Shown: piece after piece, positions 58,016 to 64,000 of the stretch
Layout of the letters: each line of letters begins with the position of its first letter
Numbering within the stretch: position 1 is the stretch's first letter
NCBI GenBank assembly: GCA_963801815.1
Contig: CAWDGJ010000003.1
Location: forward strand, 832,001-896,000
Reading direction: 5' to 3'
DNA: 64,000 nucleotides
From: an uncultured Verrucomicrobiae bacterium
GTDB taxonomy: Bacteria > Verrucomicrobiota > Verrucomicrobiia > Chthoniobacterales > UBA10450
Translations under genes and position numbers: made by a program
Notes under the pieces: model-generated
Told to the model about the DNA's origin: nothing
What the model saw: the letters and a program-made list of their open reading frames with translations, nothing else
Database searches by the model: none

Positions 58016-58819
58016 ATGTCTCAGGCAGAATTGACGATCCCACGGCGCTCATTCGGCGCGACAACGCGCTCCGATCTTTGGTGGCTGCAACCACTGCTCG
58101 TCTTTCTTGGATTGTCGACGTTCATCGTTTATTCGACATGGGCCGCGTTTCAGGGCGCGCATTATTATATCGGCAATTATATCTCGCCGTTTTATTCGCC
58201 CGAGATTTTCGGCGCTTCACCGCATGCATGGTTTCAGGGCGCGCCGAAGTGGTGGCCGCATTGGATTAATTATTCGCCCGCTTTTCTGATTCTGTGGGCG
58301 CCGGGATGTTTCAGACTTACCTGTTATTATTACCGCGGCGCGTATTACAAAGCTTTCTGGGCCGACCCACCGGCGTGCACAGTGGGGGAGCCGCGCAAAA
58401 CTTATCTCGGTGAGCGGTCGTTCCCGCTCATCATGCAAAACATTCATCGCTATTTTCTTTATATTGCCCTCCTGGTCATCCTTGCTCTGGCCTACGACGT
58501 CTGGGAAGCGCTCTGGTTTGTCGATCCGACGACTGGCAAAACATCTTTTGGGATCGGCGTCGGCACGATTGTGCTCGGTCTGAACGTTTACTTGCTCGGA
58601 GGTTACACCTTTGGATGTCATTCGCTTCGACATTTGGTGGGCGGATTTCTCGATCAATTGTCCGAATCAAAACTTTGCGATCGCGCCTACGCCTGCGTGA
58701 GCTGTTTTAATCGCCGCCATATGATGTGGGCGTGGACAAGTTTGTTCTGGGTTGGTTTCTCCGATGTCTACGTGCGCATGTGTGCAATGGGCATCTGGCA
58801 CGACTTCCGAATCTTTTAA
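58016..58819 (+). CDS. succinate dehydrogenase membrane anchor, mycobacterial Sdh1 (Rv0249c)-type
   Basis: FRLTCYYYRGAYY, PPACTVGEP, QNIHRYF and GCHSLRHL motifs; lies upstream of sdhA. Confidence 0.82.
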   Translation: MSQAELTIPRRSFGATTRSDLWWLQPLLVFLGLSTFIVYSTWAAFQGAHYYIGNYISPFYSPEIFGASPHAWFQGAPKWWPHWINYSPAFLILWAPGCFRLTCYYYRGAYYKAFWADPPACTVGEPRKTYLGERSFPLIMQNIHRYFLYIALLVILALAYDVWEALWFVDPTTGKTSFGIGVGTIVLGLNVYLLGGYTFGCHSLRHLVGGFLDQLSESKLCDRAYACVSCFNRRHMMWAWTSLFWVGFSDVYVRMCAMGIWHDFRIF

Positions 58820-58901
58820 GCGATGAAGCGAGATGCGTTAAAGCGGACTCAATTTTCCCTCGGCCAGCGCTTCAACGCTTCAACCGTTTAACTCTTCAAC
58901 G
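58816..58901. repeat. degenerate inverted pair of 8-mer arrays between the sdh anchor gene and sdhA
   Basis: ttaagcgatgaagcg...gttaaagcg / cgcttcaacgcttcaaccgtttaactcttcaacg. Confidence 0.55.
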
Positions 58902-58907
58902 AAATCC

Positions 58908-60719
58908 ATGTCCGATTACGAAACATTCACCCACGATGTTCTTGTCATCGGGTCGGGCGGGGCCGGGTTGCGTGCCGCAATTGAAGCGTCGGCGGCAGGA
59001 GTTTCGGTCGGCATGGTATGCAAATGTTTGCTCGGCAAAGCACATACCGTGATGGCGGAAGGCGGCATCGCCGCGGCACTTGCCAATGTCGATGACCGCG
59101 ACAACTGGCAGGTACACTTCGCCGACACCATGCGCGGCGGACAATATGTCAACAATTGGCGCATGGCCGAGCTGCATGCCAAGGAAGCGCCAGATCGCGT
59201 TCGCGAACTCGAAGCCTGGGGCGCGGTGTTCGATCGCACCAGCGACGGACGCATTCTTCAGCGCAATTTTGGGGGCCACAAATATCCGCGGCTTGCACAC
59301 GTGGGAGATCGCACGGGTCTTGAAATGATTCGGACGTTGCAGGACCACGGCGTTCATCGCGGAATCGAAATTCACATGGAGATTTGCATTCTCGCGCTGC
59401 TGAAAGACGGCGCTCGAATCGCGGGCGCGTTTGGCTACGATCGTGAACGCGGCCGGTTCAAGATTTTTCGCGCGAAAGCGATCGTGCTTGCGACGGGCGG
59501 AATCGGCAAGGCCTACAAAATCACGAGCAACAGCTGGGACTGCACCGGCGACGGGCACGCACTCGCGTATCATGCCGGCGCGGAATTGATCGACATGGAG
59601 TTTATTCAATTTCATCCAACAGGAATGGTCTGGCCGCCGAGCGTTCGCGGAATGCTAGTGACCGAAGGGGTGCGCGGCGAAGGGGGGATTCTCACGAACA
59701 AAGAAGGAAGGCGCTTCATGTTCGATGCGATTCCCGACAACTACCGCAGTCAAACCGCGGACAATCCGGACGAAGGATGGCGTTATTGCACGGGCGATAA
59801 AAACGCCCGGCGGCCACCCGAGTTGCTCACCCGCGACCACGTTGCCCGCTGCATCGTACGGGAGATTAAAGAAGGGCGGGGAACTCCGCACGGCGGTGTT
59901 TACCTCGACATTTCGTGGATCAAAGAAAAGGTTCCGAACGCCGAAGAGCACATCAAACGCAAGTTGCCGAGCATGTATCACCAGTTCAAAGCGCTCGGCG
60001 ACATCGACATCACAAAGGAACCGATGGAGGTCGGGCCGACAACCCATTACATCATGGGCGGCGTCCACGTTGACCCTGATACGGAAATGTCGCGTGTGCC
60101 GGGTTTGTTTGCCGCGGGCGAATGCGCGGCCGGCATCAACGGCGCCAATCGTCTCGGCGGCAACTCGCTCTCTGACCTGCTCGTTTTTGGAAAACGCGCA
60201 GGCGAATTCGCCACCCGCTATGCGAGGGACAATCAATTAGGCAAAATCGATGACAAACAGATCGACCTTGTCGTCGCCGCGGCGCTGAAGCCATTCGAGC
60301 ACGAGACCGGTGAAAATCCTTACGCCGTCCAGCGCGATTTGCAGGAAGTGATGCAGCACAATGTCGGCATTGTCCGGAACGAACACGAAATGCAAACCGC
60401 GCTGGAAGAAATTCAAAAACTCTGGGACCGCGCCAATCAGGTGGGTGTGATTGGAAATCGCGATTTCAATCCCGGCTGGCATACCGCACTTGACTTGAAA
60501 AGCCTGCTTACGATTTCGGAGGCGATTGCCCGCGCTGCCATCGAGCGAAAGGAAAGCCGTGGTGCGCAGTTCCGGGACGACATTCCGGAAAAGGTCGAAC
60601 GGTTTTCAAAGCTGAACACGATTATCGTGAAAGGCGACGATGGTTCGATGCAGGTTCGACTCGAACCATTGCCGGAAATGCCCGATTATCTAGGACGGGT
60701 GATCGAGGAAATGAAATGA
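58908..60719 (+). CDS. sdhA: succinate dehydrogenase/fumarate reductase flavoprotein subunit
   Basis: GSGGAGLRAA, AHTVMAEGG, QFHPTG, HYIMGG and GANRLGGNSL motifs. Confidence 0.95.
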   Translation: MSDYETFTHDVLVIGSGGAGLRAAIEASAAGVSVGMVCKCLLGKAHTVMAEGGIAAALANVDDRDNWQVHFADTMRGGQYVNNWRMAELHAKEAPDRVRELEAWGAVFDRTSDGRILQRNFGGHKYPRLAHVGDRTGLEMIRTLQDHGVHRGIEIHMEICILALLKDGARIAGAFGYDRERGRFKIFRAKAIVLATGGIGKAYKITSNSWDCTGDGHALAYHAGAELIDMEFIQFHPTGMVWPPSVRGMLVTEGVRGEGGILTNKEGRRFMFDAIPDNYRSQTADNPDEGWRYCTGDKNARRPPELLTRDHVARCIVREIKEGRGTPHGGVYLDISWIKEKVPNAEEHIKRKLPSMYHQFKALGDIDITKEPMEVGPTTHYIMGGVHVDPDTEMSRVPGLFAAGECAAGINGANRLGGNSLSDLLVFGKRAGEFATRYARDNQLGKIDDKQIDLVVAAALKPFEHETGENPYAVQRDLQEVMQHNVGIVRNEHEMQTALEEIQKLWDRANQVGVIGNRDFNPGWHTALDLKSLLTISEAIARAAIERKESRGAQFRDDIPEKVERFSKLNTIIVKGDDGSMQVRLEPLPEMPDYLGRVIEEMK

Positions 60720-61498
60720 GCGAGACCAAAACGACGACGTTCAAAATCTGGCGCGGGAACGCGAACGGCGGGGAGTTTCGCGATTACACGGCCGAAGTCG
60801 CCGAAGGAATGGTGGTGCTCGATGCAGTGCACGACATCCAGCGTTCACAGGCGCAGGATCTCGCCTGCCGCTGGAATTGCAAAGCCGGCAAGTGCGGCTC
60901 GTGTTCGGCCGAGGTGAACGGCATGCCGAAGCTGATGTGCATGACCCGTTTGAGTGACTTGCCGCTCGAGAATCCGGTGCGAGTCGAACCGATGAAGGCG
61001 TTTCCGATCATCAAAGATTTGATCACGGACGTGTCGTGGAATTTTCGGGTGAAGAAAAAAATCAAGCCCTTCAAACCGCGTCCGCCTGACGCGCCCGACG
61101 GAACGTGGCGAATGAAGCAGGCGGACATCGATCGCATCGAGGAATTCCGTAAATGCATCGAATGTTTTCTTTGTCAGGACGTTTGTCATGTCCTGCGTGA
61201 TCACGGCAAGCACGACGAGTTCATCGGGCCGCGATTTCTGGTTCATGTTGCTGCGCTGGAAATGCATCCGCTTGACACCGAAAACCGGATCGAAGAACTG
61301 CGAAGAGCGCAGGGGATTGGGTACTGCAACATTACCAAATGCTGCACCAAGGTTTGTCCCGAAAGTATCCATATTACCGACAACGCGATCATTCCGTTAA
61401 AGGAACGGGTGGTGGACCAGTTCTTCGATCCATTTGGCTGGGTTTGGCGTTGGTTGAAACGAACGCTCGACAGCAGAGCTGTGAAATCCAGGCCGTGA
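60716..61498 (+). CDS. sdhB: succinate dehydrogenase/fumarate reductase iron-sulfur subunit
   Basis: CKAGKCGSC, CIECFLCQDVC and CNITKCCTKVCP motifs. Confidence 0.95.
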   Translation: MSETKTTTFKIWRGNANGGEFRDYTAEVAEGMVVLDAVHDIQRSQAQDLACRWNCKAGKCGSCSAEVNGMPKLMCMTRLSDLPLENPVRVEPMKAFPIIKDLITDVSWNFRVKKKIKPFKPRPPDAPDGTWRMKQADIDRIEEFRKCIECFLCQDVCHVLRDHGKHDEFIGPRFLVHVAALEMHPLDTENRIEELRRAQGIGYCNITKCCTKVCPESIHITDNAIIPLKERVVDQFFDPFGWVWRWLKRTLDSRAVKSRP

Positions 61499-61514
61499 AT
61501 CGGTTTGCCTTCTT

Positions 61515-61539
61515 CGATTTAACGATTTAACGAATCACG
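61515..61539. repeat. 8-mer array (cgatttaa) before the start codon
   Basis: cgatttaacgatttaacgaatcacg. Confidence 0.55.
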
Positions 61540-61545
61540 GATTCC

Positions 61546-62046
61546 ATGTCGGAGCTAAAACACCTCTCGAAGGAAGCGATTCCCGCGGCGTTGGAAAAAG
61601 CGGAGCGTTATCGCCTACTCAACGAGCCGGGCGAGGCCGAAAGCATCTGCCTCGACATTCTGAAAGCGGATCCAGAGAACCAACAGGCTATTATCGCGCT
61701 GCTGCTCGCGCTGACCGATCGATTCGAGAAGGGATACGCCGTCAGCGATACGCAGACCAAGGAGCTTCTTGCGCGAATGAAATCGGAATATGATCGCGCT
61801 TATTATACCGGAATCGTTGCCGAGCGGCGCGGCAAAACAAAACTTCGACAACACACGCCAGACTGCCGCTTCCAGGCTTACGATCTTTTTCGAGAGGCGA
61901 TGACTTGGTTTGAAAAAGCGGAGGCCATTCGTCCACCCGGCCATGATGACGCACTCCTGCGCTGGAACACCTGTGCTCGAATCATTGCCAGAAACAATCT
62001 CGTCGCTCGCGAACCGGAAGAGAGAATCGAGTTCCCGCTGGAGTAA
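61546..62046 (+). CDS. conserved hypothetical helical (TPR-like) protein
   Basis: 166 aa ORF co-oriented with sdh; ALEKAERYRLLNEP...ESICLDIL. Confidence 0.75.
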   Translation: MSELKHLSKEAIPAALEKAERYRLLNEPGEAESICLDILKADPENQQAIIALLLALTDRFEKGYAVSDTQTKELLARMKSEYDRAYYTGIVAERRGKTKLRQHTPDCRFQAYDLFREAMTWFEKAEAIRPPGHDDALLRWNTCARIIARNNLVAREPEERIEFPLE

Positions 62047-62091
62047 CCCGCCGCTTGCGCGGCGTGCAGTTGTCGTTCCTATTCCTCATTC

Positions 62092-62862
62092 ATGGGGGAT
62101 TTGCGACTGGGAGTTAACATCGATCACGTGGCCACGTTGCGGCAAACCCGCTACGCCGGAATGCCGGATTCGAAGAATGCCGAGCCCGACATCATTGTGG
62201 CGGCGGCGATTTGCGAACGCGCAGGTGCAAACGGGATCGTCGCCCATTTGCGCACCGATCGCCGGCACATGCAGGATCGCGACATCGAACGGCTACGCGA
62301 AAACATCATGACCAAGCTGAATCTGGAAATGGGAAACACACCAGAGATTGTCGATGTCGCGTTGAAAATTGTCCCTGACGAAGTCTGTCTGGTGCCGGAA
62401 AAGCGCGAGGAAGTCACCACCGAAGGCGGCCTTGATGTCGTCACCCTGGGCAAGGAACTGGAAGCGACGATCAAGCGCTTACAGACTGCAGGTGTGCGGG
62501 TCAGCCTCTTTGTCGATCCAACGCTCGAACAAGTCGATGCTGCCCATGCGCTCGGTGTTGAAATGGTCGAATTGCACACCGGGAAACTGGCGAATGCTTT
62601 TTCGGAGAAAATCGAGAAACAGGAATTGGAAAACTTACAGGCTGCAGCCAAAGCGGCATCCGAGTTAAAAATGCAGGTAAACGCGGGCCACGGCATTAAT
62701 TACACAAACATTGCCCTGATTCACAAAATTCCACATTTAAGCGAACTGAACATCGGTCACTCGATCATTTCGCGGGCGATGTTCGTCGGGCTCGAGAACG
62801 CGGTAAGAGAGATGCTCGGGGCCATGGAAGATTACAAAAGCGGCACTGCGCCTCGCACATGA
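62092..62862 (+). CDS. pdxJ: pyridoxine 5'-phosphate synthase
   Basis: LGVNIDHVATLRQ, TTEGGLD and ELNIGHSII motifs. Confidence 0.97.
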   Translation: MGDLRLGVNIDHVATLRQTRYAGMPDSKNAEPDIIVAAAICERAGANGIVAHLRTDRRHMQDRDIERLRENIMTKLNLEMGNTPEIVDVALKIVPDEVCLVPEKREEVTTEGGLDVVTLGKELEATIKRLQTAGVRVSLFVDPTLEQVDAAHALGVEMVELHTGKLANAFSEKIEKQELENLQAAAKAASELKMQVNAGHGINYTNIALIHKIPHLSELNIGHSIISRAMFVGLENAVREMLGAMEDYKSGTAPRT

Positions 62863-63239
62863 GCGTGATTGGTATCGGCGTGGACCTGGTGGAGTGCACG
62901 CGCATTCAACATTCGCTCGATCGGTTCGGCGAAAAATTTCTGCGGCGCGTTTTTACCGACGGGGAAATCGAATACTCGATGTCGATGAAATTCCCGGCGC
63001 GTCATCTGGCCGCTCGATTTGCGGCTAAGGAGGCGGTTTCAAAAGCATTTGGCACTGGGATTGGAAAGGCGATGGGCTGGCGCAACATCGACATCCGCAA
63101 AAAGAAAAGTGGCGAACCCTTTTTGGTTTTCTCCGGACCGGCCCAGGAACTCGCGGTTAGGCGCGGCGTCGCTTCGGCGTTAATCACGCTCAGTCACACC
63201 GACCATCACGCAATGGCTTGCGTGGTGCTCGAGGCTTGA
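62859..63239 (+). CDS. acpS: holo-ACP synthase
   Basis: GIGVDLVE and AARFAAKEAVSKAFGTG motifs. Confidence 0.96.
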   Translation: MSVIGIGVDLVECTRIQHSLDRFGEKFLRRVFTDGEIEYSMSMKFPARHLAARFAAKEAVSKAFGTGIGKAMGWRNIDIRKKKSGEPFLVFSGPAQELAVRRGVASALITLSHTDHHAMACVVLEA

Positions 63240-63246
63240 AAAATAT

Positions 63247-63822
63247 TCACGGCGCCATCCCTTTCGCTCGCGCAAGTTGTTCCCGGACGGCAGGCAACTT
63301 ATCGCTGTTGGGAAAGTGGCGAATGAACTCTTCGCAAATCGGAATTGCGCGGGCTGGATTGTTCAAAGTTTCGGTGAAGAGACTGATTTGATTGAACAAG
63401 CTGTTTTCGTGCAGCGGGTTTAGTCGTTGCGCCGTCTCATATTGCGTCAGCGCCTGTTGCGGTTGTCCGGAAAATCGAAACGCGTTCCCGAGGTCGGTGT
63501 GAACGTCGGCATTGTCCAGGCCGCTAGCGATCGCTTCCTGGTATCGGCTTATCGCTTCCGGCCAGCGCTGATGATCGTAGGCAAAATTGCCGAGCACCAC
63601 AGCCGCTTCGCCTGCCGGCATTCCGGAGACGTCGGGTGTCGCGTTTGCCATAGCGGGCGGAGATGGTGCAAACGTCGGACGAACTTGTGGGCTCGAACGC
63701 TGCGACGTGAACATCCAGGTGAGGCCTGCGCCCATGGCAGCCGAGACGATCACGGTCAAAACGTAATTCCACAAAGCTTGTCGCCGACCGGCCGCATTCT
63801 TATTCGCGTTGGGTGAAGCCAT
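63247..63822 (-). CDS. membrane-anchored tetratricopeptide repeat protein
   Basis: TM segment followed by TPR-like helices (LGNFAYD...AISRYQEA; TDLGNAFR...ALTQYETA). Confidence 0.85.
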   Translation of the reverse strand: MASPNANKNAAGRRQALWNYVLTVIVSAAMGAGLTWMFTSQRSSPQVRPTFAPSPPAMANATPDVSGMPAGEAAVVLGNFAYDHQRWPEAISRYQEAIASGLDNADVHTDLGNAFRFSGQPQQALTQYETAQRLNPLHENSLFNQISLFTETLNNPARAIPICEEFIRHFPNSDKLPAVREQLARAKGMAP

Positions 63823-63862
63823 GAATCAGTTCGCTATGATAAATCCGTTGTTCGATGCAACC

Positions 63863-63897
63863 AGAGAAAAACCCTCGTCGGATTTCTCCGACGAGGG
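63863..63897 (-). terminator. Rho-independent terminator
   Basis: Stem ccctcgtcgga/tccgacgaggg with a T run on the minus strand. Confidence 0.8.
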
Positions 63898-63921
63898 CCT
63901 GATTTTCTACACAGTGAGTTG

Positions 63922-63999
63922 CTATTTCTTGCAGCAACCCATGCTACAGCATTGTTTGCCTTTGCAACATGTCTCTTTCGTCGGCGCGGTTGCTGCCGT
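63922..63999 (-). CDS. C-terminus of a Cys-rich protein (5' part outside the window)
   Basis: ...TAATAPTKETCCKGKQCCSMGCCKK* followed by a terminator. Confidence 0.6.
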   Translation of the reverse strand, partial: TAATAPTKETCCKGKQCCSMGCCKK

Positions 64000-64000
64000 C

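Overview
A gene-dense, ~56% GC (estimated by eye) bacterial chromosome segment. Gene content and style suggest a soil Verrucomicrobiota (Chthoniobacterales/Udaeobacter-like) genome; this is inference only. It is mostly housekeeping: purB, purE, pyrG, kdsB, gmhB, rfaE1, phoH, nuoBC, cysD/cysNC, truA, manC, obgE, the atp operon, lpxI, tRNA-Ala(GGC), an actinobacterial-type sdh cluster and pdxJ-acpS. It also carries ABC exporters, Deg proteases and two-component proteins. No transposase, integrase, prophage or CRISPR array was seen. The most unusual signal is a pervasive set of palindromic elements whose arms are short (7-10 nt) tandem repeats, sitting at gene junctions. One copy brackets an intact four-helix-bundle (TIGR02436/Avd-like) gene inserted with translational coupling between cysD and cysN. 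One brackets what looks like a decayed remnant of such a gene. Many are empty or solo arms, and one is translated in frame inside obgE. A REP-like palindrome is likewise translated inside queG, and a tRNA-3'-end-duplicating hairpin element lies next to tRNA-Ala. About a dozen single-base frameshifts (atpB/F/H/G, cysD, an SGNH gene) are most likely sequencing or assembly errors.
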